This document shows, piece after piece, positions 1 through 14,000 of a stretch of DNA of 64,000 bases; position 1 is the stretch's first letter; every line of letters starts with the position of its first letter. Origin of the DNA: Calcarisporiella thermophila CBS 279.70 (taxonomy: Eukaryota; Fungi; Calcarisporiellomycota); contig NW_027192216.1 of assembly GCF_041956535.1 (NCBI RefSeq), positions 186,757 to 250,756 on the forward strand, in the 5' to 3' direction. The position numbers were made by a program, and so were the translations under genes. The notes beneath the pieces are model-generated. The model worked only from the letters and a program-made list of their open reading frames with translations, was not told where the DNA came from and made no database searches.

Positions 1-289
1 GATTCTATCCTTGTAATGTTTTTATACGGTGTAAGAATTTTTCGAGCTGGATAATTAATTTTTCACTTTATTTTCTGTAATAGTACCATAGTTAATAATT
101 TATATATATTCCAATATCCTCTTGAAAATCCTAGTTATCACTCGAACTATTTCTGTAAAATTTAGAATAGGTATAAGAACTACTAGATGAACTATTTAAG
201 GCATATAGCTATCAACTAATTTTTTACAAAGTCTTTTACATAAGTTTGCAATTGAATTCTAAAGAGGCTTCAAGAAACGGAGCATACAT

Positions 290-410
290 TGCACCAAAAA
301 TGAGGGTATTTGGATGCGTATTGGTAGAGCTATTAGCTCTCAAAAGCCCATAATACTCAAGATATACTTTGTAAAGACCTGGGCCAATCAGAATCGAAAT
401 CCTTCTGTCT
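290..410 (-). pseudogene. Possible highly decayed LTR-retrotransposon integrase remnant
   Basis: With one stop and one frameshift it reads DWPRSLQSIS*VLWA/LRANSSTNTHPNTLIFG, loosely like the Ty3/gypsy integrase W...L..VLWA.R....ST...P..L.FG. Confidence 0.25.
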
Positions 411-1020
411 GAATTCTTTCTGAACTCTCCTGTTTTATTTACGTAAATAAAAAAGCCTTTAGCTTGTTCATATTTAAGGAGACAACTTAGCTTTTCGTTC
501 TTTACCGCTAATATTCAGTAGTCTTTACTGCTAATTCCAATAAAACTTTTTTCATCTGATTCCTGTGTAGTGTGTATAGACAAAGGGGTTTGTGAAATGG
601 AAAAGGCGCAACCAAGTGCTGCCAAATAATACTTAATATCGCACCTTAAGTCTGCAATACCACACGCTTTCTTTCCCAAGTGTGAGTGTTAGGAATATAT
701 AAGTGTGCGTACATTAAAGCACCTCGCGTGTAAACTAAATGCACTGTTCCTTCTTCTCGGTAGGCAGAGCATTACTGAAACCGCGAGATACTCCTTTGGC
801 AAAACAATGGCACTCATCGAGTGCAAGGGAATCCAGAATACTATGGAAAACTTCTATGGTTTGCTTCAAACTTTTATTAACTTCACCAAACCTAGTCCAA
901 GCATGTGCAGATGAAAAAGATAAAAAATGGGAATTATATTTTGTGAAATTATATAAAAGAAAATGTACAAATCCAAAGAAACAGGAAAATTTATCGGAAA
1001 ATTGAAGGACATCGTGTCAA

Positions 1021-2891
1021 TTATCGCCGGGGGATTCCTCGGCCTCGTGCACGCGCTTGCTGCGCAGCGGCCATCTGTCCAGCATCAGCCTTCTCGCTCT
1101 GAGGGGCCTTTACTGTCTCGTCCACGCTCAAAATCAAGCATGCTGCTTCCGTTGCTGATGCAATGGAGTTGGTCTTCACAAGCGCGGGCTCCCACACAAA
1201 AGCGTCAAAGTTGTTCGTGATCGTCTCGTTTTCGATGTCCACTCCGTACCACATATCGCCCTGTGCATGACGCATTCTCAGCTTGTTCAGCAGGTCAGTT
1301 GCATCGAAGCCTGCGTTGTCACAGAGCTGCCGGGGGATGATTTCAAGTGCCCGAGCAAATGCCGCGATAATAAGCTGTTGCTTGCCCTCAACGGTGCGAG
1401 AGTGGTCGCGCAGATACCTGCTCAGCTCCATCTCAGTGGCGCCACCTCCCGCCACGACTAGGTTATTCTTTATCGCCCTCCGCACAATCATGATGGCATC
1501 ATGCAAGCTGCGCTCAACCTCAGCAATAAATTGCTCAGCTCCACCACGCAGCAGAAGTGTGCATGTCTTTGCCTTGGGGCATCCCTCAAAAATATTGTAG
1601 CGCTCGCCGCCAATCTGTCGTTCCTCGAAGCGCTCGCACGTGCCTAGGTGCTCAGGGCGGAGATCACTGCAGGTCGACTGAATGCTTCCGCCTACAGCCT
1701 GTACGACGCGGTTGAGATCATCCGCTGCAACGCGACCGGCGCAGAATATATTACGGTCGGCAAAGTACTGTGTCGCAAGGTCGCCGATCGGCAACTTCGA
1801 CAGTACCACATTCGCCCCACTGTTTACAATAGCCTCCAGCTTCTTGAAAATGATAGTCCACTCCGCATCGACAATTGCCTGGTACTCTGACACGTCCTCC
1901 ACGCGCACTTCTGCATTATCTTTTTCTGCCTTCAACTCGAGCTCTACGTTCAAGCAGACGATCTTAGGATTTTTAAAGGACTTAGGCTGCTGTTCAAAGC
2001 CGGCATATGAAAAGGTCTTCTTAAAGGCTACACCAGCTACGAGCATGGAATCTTGCATGGCACCACCAGGAATCTTCTTCATGCCAATTAATTTCTCATT
2101 GAGCTCGTTCTGGTCGAGTGTAAGCACCGCATCTACAACCATTTTTTTGAAGAAATCTTTTTGACCAGAAATTAGCTTTGAGCTCATTGCAGTTGAGGCA
2201 CATTTCTCAAGCAGGTCACGGAATTCTCTAATGGTAATTAAATTAGGCGTTATATAGAGCAGAGAGAATTAATTATCATGCTTAATTAACGTACTTTTCA
2301 TTACTACGCTCAATTTTAATTGCCATTTCCTTCACCCTGTTAATTGCCTAGAATAAATATCCATCACGGTAAATATTAAATTAAATCGAGTGAATTGAAG
2401 AAAAATGATTTTACCAGTTGGGCTGCTTTCCGATAGCCTTTAATGATGATATGGGGGCTTACACCTTCCTCAATATATCCCTTCACCTCTTTAAGCAACT
2501 CTCCAGCCAACAAAACCACACTTGTTGTTCCATCGCCAACCTCCGCATCCTGAGATCGCGCGATATCTACCAATGTTTTGGCGGCAGGATGCACGATGTC
2601 TAGTAGCTTCATGATCGTTGCTCCATCATTTGAGATGGTCGCTTCTCCTCGAGAATCCACAATTAATTTATCCATTCCACGCGGCCCAAGAGTAGTACGA
2701 ACAGTGTCAACCACTGCAAGACATGCATTAATGTTTGAGAGAAGTTGGCCTTTGCCCTGAGAAGCATCAGTGCCCTCTTTGAGCAAGATGATTTGGGGTT
2801 GCTAATAAAATAGTTGGATTAGATGGTTGAGATTAAAGCATCATCTATGAAATTCTCCACCCACCATCATCGGGAGTTGTGGGCGAGACAT
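1021..2891 (-). CDS. CCT7: T-complex protein 1 subunit eta (CCT7), spliced
   Basis: ATG at 2891 (MSRPQLPMM|[16 protein letters not shown]). Motifs [47 protein letters not shown] introns join ORFs 2376-2786 and 1021-2187. Confidence 0.95.
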
Positions 2892-3131
2892 CCTTTGATA
2901 TTGTTCTCTTCTCTGATAAACTAGATTAGGGGTGTGAAGAAGAAAGGATGGATGGATGAATGTAGGAGATGAAGAGTCCTGGATGATTGACCGAGAGAAC
3001 CTTCGAGCAAAAAATTATTCGCGACGTTCGCGTTTCTTTTTTTGGTTACTTTCGCGTTTTAAGAGAGGTGGCTTGGTAACGATGATTATTTTCTAAAGTT
3101 CGAGAGTGATCTAACCAAGTAATTCTTCAAG

Positions 3132-3747
3132 ATGTCAAATCTAAGGGCACAGCTAGAATCAGAATCTAACGAATTTCAGCAGATTCAAAAAGGTAAGAAT
3201 CAATCAATGTAAACTGGTTTGACAATATTTTTAATTGAAATTCTCTAGAAATCTCCAAATTTGTTGAAACGCGTGAGCGTCTTGAATCACAATTGAGGGA
3301 GAACGAGCTCGTTGATAAAGTGAGTAGCTCGGATTCTAGTGCATCTATGACCATACTACACGTAGGACACACTTTTAGGAATTTCAACACCTCGAAGATG
3401 ACGCAAATATTTACAAACTCCTCGGTCCGGTACTTGTAAAGCAAGAGAAATCGGAAGCGAAGCTTAACGTGAGCAAGCGCCTAGAGTATATCAAAGGTGA
3501 AATGTAAGAACGTTGTTGTTGTCAGCAGTTTCTCTATTGCAAACAAACAAAAATAATCTATTCATTTAGAGAGCGAGTAGAAAAAACTCTCACGGAGTTA
3601 TCGCAAAAGGCTGAGAAAAAAAAGACCGAGGTAAAGAATAAATGGAACCAAACAAATGGATAGTAGGCTGACTGGTTTTATACTTTCTTGCAGCTTATGA
3701 AGTTACAATCGCAATATCAAGAGCAATTGCAAACTGCCAAGGCGTAA
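3132..3747 (+). CDS. PFDN6: Prefoldin subunit 6 (beta type, Yke2/Gim1), 5 exons; not in the ORF track
   Basis: Manual splice gives MSNLRAQLESESNEFQQIQK-EISKFVETRERLESQLRENELVDK-EFQHLEDDANIYKLLGPVLVKQEKSEAKLNVSKRLEYIKGEI-ERVEKTL...QTAKA*. The ENELV/IYKLLGPVLVKQ/RLEYI pattern is typical of PFDN6. Confidence 0.9.
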
Positions 3748-4569
3748 TCTACTTCATCATCTCGGCATATCTCCCTTTTTCTCGTTGCAATAATTATAAT
3801 AATAAATTTACAAGTATTACAAAAAATTATCTCTCTTATTATCCAAGAGAGCGTAGAATGTAAGGATTGTCTGGGCCTATCTCATTTCGGGCGGAAGACA
3901 AAGAATTAAGTCTGGTAGTACTAGAATCACACATTTCTTAAATTTAATGATGAAAATTATTTAATGTTTTGGTCACCCATTAATCTGCAAAATGACATAT
4001 ATCGATGTACCGCATTTTGCACTTTATACCGTGAGCGGTTTTAAAATATACTTTTCAAACCTCCATTCGCAAGTTGAAGAGTTATTTTATCTAGGATTTG
4101 TTAAGATAGCGAGTGGTCATCTCAACAATTCCTTTTAGATATAAAATTTATCGCATGCAGGCTAGAGTGCAGGATCATTTATGATTTCCGAAACACGAAG
4201 AAACCAGGCGATAATTGAATAAAAACAGCCGTGAAGTTTAGCAATATGTATGAAAGTATCCACTCCAGCAATGTGTTACCACCATTTTATCAGTCATTAG
4301 AATGTAATAGCAATAAAGTATTCCACAGTCGATGTATTTCTATGAACCAAATCTGCAAGTCACAACCTTGGCTTTTAATATTGAGGCAATAAATAACCCA
4401 TGGGCGAAGATTACTTGCTGACGTCGTGATAAATAACCAACCAAAAAAATTTTATATTTCGATTGAACCAAGCCGGTTTTTTCTTTACCTTATTTTCGCT
4501 TCTCTTATTTTGTTATTGGAAAGAAAGAAGAACCTTTTAAAACTCTTTTTATAACGATATTTTCAATAA

Positions 4570-7202
4570 ATGGCGTCATCCAGAGGGATCACAAAGGGGA
4601 ATGGAATGCACGGGGAATCAGATGAGATTAAACAGCTTCGAAAATCCTATGGCAGCAGCCTCGACACGCTACGGGAGCTGTTCTCCGATTGGACCGATGA
4701 AGACTTGCTTTTTGCCTTACAAGAGGCCCACGGGGATCTTGAAACAGTCATAGCGCGGATCAGTGAAGGTATAGACCCAAAATCTATATTGAGTCGATTT
4801 TACGGCGCTCTAACCCATTTATGCTTTGTTTACTCTAGGTCATGCAAATCAGTGGGGCGAAGTAAAATCTAAGAAGTCAAAGCGCGAATCCGTAAAAGTG
4901 AATAAGCAGACAACGGCCCCGACCTCGTCGCAGCGTCCTTCCTCTTTGCCCCGCGGCGGCAGTGGTGGTGGACGCGGCAAAACTGGTAAGCAGCATTTTT
5001 TCCATTTGGCATTCAGAATTATTCGAGCTAGCGCGATCTTTACTATTAGACGGTAATCTCCGTGGAAGAGCAGCAGGAGATAGGCCACGAAGTACTCCCT
5101 CTCGTGGTGGTGAGCATCCAATGGTGATTAATCTGTTTGAACTTAGAATTGACCTTCTTTTTCATCAAGGTAAAATACCTCGTCAGAATGCTTCCCGCGA
5201 CACCTCGAAACCAGCGGAGTCCACCCCTGATACCCTGGGTACAGCCAAGAATGACAAACCGACTGCATGGAATGAAGCTAGCTCTCTACAAGACACAAAT
5301 GCTACGGACGGTTGGGGATCTCTACCTACAGACGCCCAGTCTAGTTGGGGCAGCCTAACTACAGAAACTAAGAAAGATAATAACTGGGCTGATTCCTCGA
5401 TTGATAAGAAGGAAACACAACCATCACAACCCAAGACATTTACAGCAAAACCTTCCGCCGGAAAATCTTGGGCAGACGTTGCCAAGTAAGTGTAATCTCT
5501 TCCATTGACTAAACCTCAGTTGGGCTTATCACCTTGTATAGACCTGCAGTTAAACCAGAAGTCAAGAAACCGCCAGTCCAACCCGCCGAGCCTTTGAAAC
5601 CTGCGACTACTGAAAATCCTCCTCCCGCCCCTGCACCCGCTGAAGCACCGGCTCCATCAGAACCCTCCTCCCAACCAGAACCTGAAACCGCACAAGCAAC
5701 AACAACAGCAGCAGCAGTAACAGCAGCATCACCAGCAATAGAAGAGGCCACCACTGATGAACCGTCTCCCGCAAAACAGCCTGTAATTGAAGAGCCAGCG
5801 CCTAGTCAGACAGTTGCCAAGCCTGTGGAGGTGGCATCACCTCGTCTTAAGGACAACGGCACACCCTCCCCAAGCTTTAAGCATCGCTCTCCTGCTCAGC
5901 GTCGTGCACGACAGGATGCACCTGTGGTGATGCCTGGATTCGGCGCGAACTTGGAGCGTATCGGCGTGCAATTTGGTAGTCTTAATCTCGCTTCACCCAA
6001 CGATATCTCTACGGAATCTCGAAACAAGCCATCTGGAATGAGCCTTGCTGAATCTGATGAAAGGTCAGATCCTCTTTTCGTCTTTTCAATTCGATAAAGT
6101 TACTGAGTCCATGGTTCTTTTTTCTTTCATTTTTAGGCACCAAGCTGCCCCTGCTACCTCTGTTATTGATACCCCTATGATTCAACCTTCTTTGGCCCAA
6201 GCTTCCCAGCAAGCCCAGGACCAACCCGCTCAACAACCTCCTCAACCCCAACAGCCCTCTCCCCTCGCGTCGCAAACTCTTTCGCAGCCACAAGAAACGT
6301 CTCGACCCAACTCCCAATCCGTTACTCAGCAGATGAGTTCCAATCTCATGAACCGTCTCGGCGGAGCCGCTGTCAACGCACTCCCTACTGCACAATCCGC
6401 TAATCTCGTAAACGTCCCCACGACTACCCAAACCACCTCTCAGACGACTACTCCGAGCATTGGTTATCTCAAGCAGCAGCAACAGGAACAACAATCCCCC
6501 GCTTCCTATCTCGGCCATCAGCAGCATCATCTTGGCATGGACCCTATGGCTTCGCCTTATGGTTCCTACTTGCCGAATCAGGCTGCACAACTCTCAGCTT
6601 TCGGAATGGGTGGAATGGGCTCTCTTCCTGGCGATTTCAGCATGTATGGTTCAGATGTCCAGCGCGCTGCTCTGATGGGTGGCTACTACCCTGGCGATCC
6701 CACCGCCTTCAGTCAAACTGCCACCTCAACTACAAATGCCAGCCTCCAGCCACAGCGTGACAGCAAATTCGGCCAAGAAACCCAGGCAGCTGCTACACAG
6801 GTGTCGCAGGCCCAACAGGCGCAGCAACAGGCGTACCCAAGCCAGATGGCAGCCGCATCAAATACGATGCCCTATTATCCTCACCACTATTACTTTATGC
6901 CGAATCAATTCCCAGCTGCCGCGTATCAGCAAGCCGGCTACGGTCAGCCTTTTGTAAATAAAAATATTTACCCCCACATGTACACATCCCATCATCACGC
7001 TGCTACCCCTGCCGGTAAGCCTGGCCAGCTAGTTAATCCAAGCTACTCGGGCTCTCCCTACAGTGCACCCCACCAGCAAGGATTCTCGCAGACCGCCGGT
7101 GGATATGGGGCTACAGATGAAATGCACGCGGCTCAGGCTACTGGGATGCACGATTACCAGTCAAAAGGATACGGTGCTAACATGCAGCCACAGCAACAGC
7201 CC

Positions 7203-7234
<32 letters not shown>

Positions 7235-7604
7235 GCAGCAGACACAACAGTCGCAGCAAACTTACTCTGGGTTCTTGGGAGGGCAGCACCAGCCATCATC
7301 TACTCAGAAAGTTGGTGCCGACTTGGCCGGTCAGTACGGGAAATACGGAAATGACAAGTCAGCCTCCGGTGCGCAACAGCCCCAGTCCCAGCAACCCCAG
7401 GCAGCCCCTGGATTGAATGGTACAAGTGGCTTTGTGCAGCAAAACCAACAGCAACCCCAACAAATGAGCAACCCGTCGTCGCTCTACGGTCAACCCCAGC
7501 AGCAACAACCTTTTACGTATCCATACCAGCAGCACGCACATCATCAGTACCACCATCACCCGCAGGCTGGCGCACGTAACCAACAATACTGGAATCAAAA
7601 TTAA
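4570..7604 (+). CDS. Def1-like protein: N-terminal CUE/UBA-like domain and long Q/P/Y-rich low-complexity tail
   Basis: LRELFSDWTDEDLLFAL...GDLETVIARISEG-HANQWGEVKSKK resembles the Def1/UBAP2 N-terminus. Also VVMPG...GVQFGSL and poly-Q tracts. Several GT-AG introns. Confidence 0.75.
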
Positions 7605-8058
7605 TTTTCTTTTTATCTTCACTTACTAGCATGGCGGAATGGGGCTATCTTTTATTTTAGAAGTGCTTGAGTGTGTGTGTGATTTCCTCATAGGATTACT
7701 TGGGTTACAATTATTTTAAAAATATTGCTTTTTTTCAATTTTTTTTCTTTTATTTCATGAATACGACTTTCTATGGGGTATAAAAAGTTTACTTTTTCTT
7801 ATGAATGTAACTCGATTTTTTTTTTCTCTTTTTTTAATTATTTTATAACTATTTTCTCAATTGCTTTCCAAGAAGACGTTTCCCTTTTTATATACCGTAC
7901 AACCTTAAATTTTTATCTGTGTAGAAAGTAACATTTTATGGCTATTTTATTTTATTTTTTACCATAAAGGCGGGATATAAAATACATTTAACAAAGCGGA
8001 GTATATTAAGACAAAGAAATTAAGAAAAAAATAGTTCAATATAAAAGCTCAACGTATA

Positions 8059-11000
8059 CTATGAGGATTCACGTTCCAAAGGTGGGGGAACCACAAGATC
8101 CAGGTTACGATCGCGAAGGAATTGTTCAACCAAATCTTCTGTGTCCTCATCGTCCTCTCGCTCCTCGTCCCTCTCTTCATCCAGCTGATTCAGCTTACGT
8201 CTTTTCCTCCCGTTGCTACCTCTCATCTTATAGTACATCGCAACAAGTCGCTCTAGATCACGCCACCGCTTAGCATTTATCGTAAATCGAACCATGTTGT
8301 CAAGTTGATTGTGTTGTATTAAATGTACAATCAGACCATTGAGATGCTGTGGGTGCTGCACGAGCATAGGGTACCAGGAATGTGCGTCAATATGGTCGTA
8401 CACCGTGGTCAGAATGAACGGCTTCGAAATCTCGCATTCAGCAATATTACAGAGAGATAGCCCGGGAATCGCAAGGGATTTCTCGTCCTTGGGTGAAAAG
8501 AGTGTGACAAAATGGGAAAAGAGCGCTTCAAGCACCGCCAGAGTCTCGGTTTGAGTCAACCCATTGACGATTTCCTGTATATTATATGATTTTAGTTTTG
8601 TATTTAAAATATCAATTGCAGATAGACAACCCATACCCGGACACGATTTCCCACTAGAGCATTCGGAGGAAGTACGGCTAATGCTTTAAGCACGGCGTGT
8701 GGACCATAGTGAGAGAGCATCTCTTCGAAGATATTTGCGAACGTATCCAGGTCGAGCTCAGTAAGAAATGGGCATTTCTGAATGAGTAAAAAGATACGGG
8801 GCAGCGAAAAAATCGTCGGCACTGAAAGACCTAGTTGCGCAAGGGAGGAGTTAGATCGTCCCTAAAAAAAATCGAAAAAATATTTTACACACCTTCTCTT
8901 TCATTATCCCGAATATCTTGTAAGAAGCCAAGCAAGGTCTGGTTCCATATATTGGGCAATTGCTTGAGTTGGGCGAGTTCAGGTACCGAACTAATGTGCT
9001 CCAACATCCCAGCAAGATATTTGAACTGTAAACAATAGAGAGTGAATAATGAATCCCAAAGGAAGGGTGGTGCGTCCTGCAATAAATATATCCGATTTAC
9101 CATCTTGAAATGAAGCAGCCTAGCTAGGGTATTCTCCCACAATGTCATGTCGTAAATTTGATTGTCCAAACAAAGATTACAAATTAATTGAATGACCTAG
9201 AAAGAAAATTCTTAGGATAGAGTAGCAAGTTTGAGTGGAAGAAGTGGCTAACCTTTGGCTCTTGGTTGTGCTTCACCCATAATGATCTTGCGAGTGCATC
9301 CTTGTTGCAGTTGATAAATTCCTTGAGTGACAAGGGAATTTCTAGCTCCTCGAAATCGGCAAGATACAAGAGCATTTGCATATATGTGCTAACAGAAGAA
9401 AAATTTATCGAGAGCCTTTATATCTATATTAGAATTAGTCATATGCATACCGAACTTCGCTGTACTTTTGCACCCTCCCGATTTCCTGTGGGCTTGCGAG
9501 TTGAAGTAAAACTCCAATTGATCGGATTCGAGCCAATGTTGTAATCTTTTGAGAAGATTTGTGGGAAGGCTATTGGAAAATAGTTATCAAATATATCGTT
9601 AGTCGATGGGCAAATGATCGTCAAGACTTGGCGCTTACCTGATAAGCAAACTTCAACAGAAGCCTAACGCTGGTCTCTATGGATTCGCATCGAAGTAGGT
9701 AGAGAATTCTCATTTGTAACGATATTTCTTGTGCGGAACTCGATCCTTTCTGGAGCTAAGTTATAAAATCATTCAGCCTAATCGAGTCTTTATCGTATCT
9801 AGAATAATGAAGTCGTACTTGAATGCGCATAGATGGCAAAGCCATTCCTTTCTCTTTATCACTGATATCCAGTTCTTGTGTAAGCCATATCTAGGGACGC
9901 AGTTGAAGGATTTGTGAGTGTATGCTCATTCAATTTACTAAGACTTCGACTCAAATTAACGAGACACCTACTGTCAGCAAATATTGTCTAATCTTGTCGA
10001 TTTCTAAGTTGTGTCGCTTCGATATATCGTTCGCTAGGGAATGAAGATCAATGGAATCTGTAGAGAATTTTTAATATATGGTAATCCATCCAGTTTTTCC
10101 ATTGTATACGAATAATTACCAGCTTCGATTAAAGCCTGCTCACTCTTTCGTGCATAGAGCTGACAGATCAATTCGAGGGGCTGGGACACCAATTCCACAA
10201 AATCACTCAAACTCAGTGAACGAAGCTGATTCTCTGTCTCGGCACGAGCCAATGCCTCTCTCAGCTTACTCATGGCGGTTGCGGCACGCTCTAATTTGAT
10301 TTTCTTTCGCTCATTGTCAGGCTATTAATTAGAGTATGCTCTTAGTTTGGGCACTTTTCTCTATAGCAATCGGCTGGCGATTTCTCAAATACCTCTGAGG
10401 AAAGTTTTAAGTGCCATTTTTCTGCTATATTGATTGCGGTGCGTAGTGCATTGATTTTGTTGACTCCACACGGGAACGCGTCGGAAACATATTTGGCGAC
10501 ACTAATCGCAAGCTCTGTATCCTGAATACGCAGGATTGGAATTTTGAATTCAGCGAAACTTGGCTTCGAGTGCACGCTTTCGAAATTTGGGGTGTGCCCT
10601 TTTTCTTGTGCAGATTTCTATGCAGGGAAACATTCATTAGAAAGCCGCAATATGAATTTTTGCATGAACAAAGCTTACCATCTGTGTCATTAGGTTATCG
10701 ACAACTGATACGTAGAACTTGTCGGCCTCGAGTCCAAGAGGAACCGTGAGTGAAACCAGCCGAGGAATAGAGCTCTCTACAAGCTCAGGCTTTAATACCT
10801 TCCATGGCTCTTCGATTAAGAGATGATAAGGGAGCCGACGTAGACATCCTGGGAAATTCTGTAAGAAAAATATTATTAAGAAACAATCTCCGTTTTATGG
10901 GGACAATGCATATACCTTTGCCTCTTTATCTGGATCAATGTGGTAAGCACTTGTGTCGATGCCATCCACAACTATACCCAACTTAAGTTAAAAATCGGAT

Positions 11001-14000
11001 CTGTAGTTGTCTACATGAGAATACGAATACCTTTTTTTGCTTCTGAAAGCTCCTCGACACTGGGCGGATTGATGCGAGTGTAGTTCTTAAGAATATCTAA
11101 AATGATGGTGCCCTTTTTCGCGACAGAATTCTCAGGGTCCAAGTGAAGCATTTGTTTGAGGAGAAAGAGTAGTCCTATCATATGTACAAGATCAGCTAAA
11201 GTAAGCTGGCATATTCCAGATATATGAAGCTGGATTTACGTTCATAATCATAGGGCGAAATGCGAGGTAAACACAATTCTTGTAGCATTTTTAACAGCTT
11301 TCCCTTGTTTACGACGCCATCGATGACGCCTGCGATCAGGTCTTGATAGTTATCGCAGTTAGAGAAGAAGAGCTGTTTGATGTACTCGAGAAATACAAAA
11401 TCGTCTAGTAGATTTGAAAATTTCACCTTAGCGCACATGATAATTTTTAGAAATATATGAATAGTAGATAATTGCCTTCAATAAAATACGCTTGGCCAAA
11501 TTCTAGAGCAGAGAGAACGTCAAAATTGGTGCGCTCCAGGAACAACGGTATTAGCTTGCGCTGATATTCTCCCATTTTCGATGTTATGAAATGGCTTTCA
11601 TCAAATGGAATGCCTACAAATGGAAATCGTCATATATAAGGCCCGATAATCAGCGAAAAGCTAACTTACTGAGAAGCTTCAACTGGTGCCACCAGCGTCC
11701 TTTGGCAGCCAGTTCTTTGCAGCTCACAAGGAATGAACGTTGTTTCCATATTGTAGCACATCCAATACCAATGGCAGCAAATTCAATCAGGCGATGGTAA
11801 TCTGTCCCGACAGTCGACATGCCGGCCTACAATGAATAATGTGAAAGTTGAAATATCCATTATGCATATGAAACAAGAGATATTTACTCTAAAAGCTTCG
11901 TATGCTTTCTCCATGTCCATCGAGATCATGTACGCAAAGGCAAGTTTTTGATCGATGCATCGTGCGGATAAAACCTGACAAATTCATTGCGGTTTGAAGG
12001 TTAAACTCACTCGATTCTCGCATAAATTTTGGATGCGCGTACCTTTTGAATGCAAATGCTCATCAACTCGTTGTAGTGATTGACATCCACTGAATCCAGT
12101 TGCAACTCCTGATTGCCTCTCACAATGAACTCCTGTGCCCGATGATATACGCAAACTGCTGTTTGAAATGAACGATTTTCACGCAGATATTCGCGTAAAT
12201 TCTTTAGGGCAACGTAAAATGGTGAACTGTGATTTGATGCTCGGGATTTTGCCTTCCTATAAGAGCTATTTCGCTCGGGTTCGGCCCGACCTCTTTCGCA
12301 GCAGCTAATTACAAACTCCCCGGTAAGCATCATGGCATCCTTTGTCTTCATAACTAATCCATTTTCGTAGTAATGATCTTCAAAGAGGGAGCTTGCGTAT
12401 TTGTCGGTAAGGGTGCTGTAGTTTTCGAAGAAAGCTTGGCGCGTAGTACCGGCTAAACCCCCAATTGCCGAAAAGCAGCCCGCAGTAGAAGAAGAGGACG
12501 AGACCACTGGGGTTTCCTCAAAATCTAGATGAAATACAATGAAAAATTCGTGGTTACAAAAGAAGACACAAGGGCTATACTTACTTCTACCCTCTGTTCG
12601 TGCTAGAGCATCATAATCGCCACCCTCGCACTGAGCAAAGATATCACTCTGGATTTCATAACACTTGAAATCATCGAGGCAGTCTAAAGGTAAGAATATA
12701 AATTTATATATGCCCTAGCAGTCTCGCCCAAGGCGCTTTTCCACTTTACCTTTGATACTCTCATTACTGCATATAGTTAATGCGTTCTGAGAAATCCGCT
12801 GAATTTGGTTCGTCAAACGAAAAGCGTTTTGATCGGTATTATACGCCATCTCTGGATGCTGAGCGGCAAATCGGCTCATTAAGAACGCAATATTCCGCAG
12901 CACTTCACCTGTTTCATTATTTGGATACTTGTCCTGTAGCTCTTTGGCAAGAATTAATGCCGTCTGGAATTGGCCGTGCGCGCTAGCCTCCTCTGCCATT
13001 ATGATCTTAGCACTATCGCGAGAAATGTTGAGAATCTCGGCCAAACTATCGTTATTAGGCAAACTTAGTATTCTGAGATGGATAGAGAACAAAGCCAAGT
13101 AAATACCGATATATTTTGGTAAAGCTATTGGTTGCTCCTGCCGGAGCAGTCCCATAACTCACTCCCGAGAACATTTTTTCCATTTCGCTTCTCAGTATTT
13201 GCCAGCATGTCTCTACTTGGGCCAGTTCATCCACCATCAGTACAATCCCAAATTCCACAAACAGCGCCTTCAGTGATCTAAGGTACTCGATTTTCTCGGC
13301 GGCAACATAGAGTTGTTTTCGGGTATGGCTATCGGTGCGCGAGACGAAAAATTCTGCAATTCCAAGAGCGGCATCTATTGCCCAAGAGAAAGTCGCCTTG
13401 GCCTCTGGTGGATATTGGTCTAATCCAGTTGAAGATTAGTATAACTACTCGCTTTTACGTAAATGCATACAAATCACTCACCTTCCTCAATCGACTCCTT
13501 TACGTCTTCAATGACACCTAATAGCCAGACTATGACCTCCTGGCCAATACAGCACGTGAGCGGAGCAATCGCGGTGTCTGGCATGTTTTCTCGCTCCTTT
13601 TCGTCCAATTGATTGAGAAGCTCCAACGCCTCAGATAGCTTATGGGCAGCACACAAACTTTGTAGCCGCCAAACATAAGCATCCTCTCGGCTAAGGTGAT
13701 GATATGCTCCCACTACTTGCAAAGCATCTTCCATTGCAGAGTCGATATCAGTCCTATTGACGAGATATTTTACCAATCCTGACAGCAAGCAAGATTAGTG
13801 AGCGTCTTAGTCAAGATATTAGAAGCAATGTAAATTGAACCTTTTGCAAGGGAGAAGTCCGACACGTTGAATGACCTGATCGAATATTTGAGAAGCATTC
13901 GCTTCAATCGCATAAGGCGGTATTGCTCTCGTAATTCCTCATCTCGCCTAAGGCCTTGCTGGGAGAGCATATCCTGGATGGTGGCCTCTACGTCATCGCT

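Noticed and set aside
1267-2164. Antisense ORFs over CCT7, hexokinase, actin, the subtilisins and other genes
   Set aside because: Shadow ORFs produced by codon bias on the coding strand
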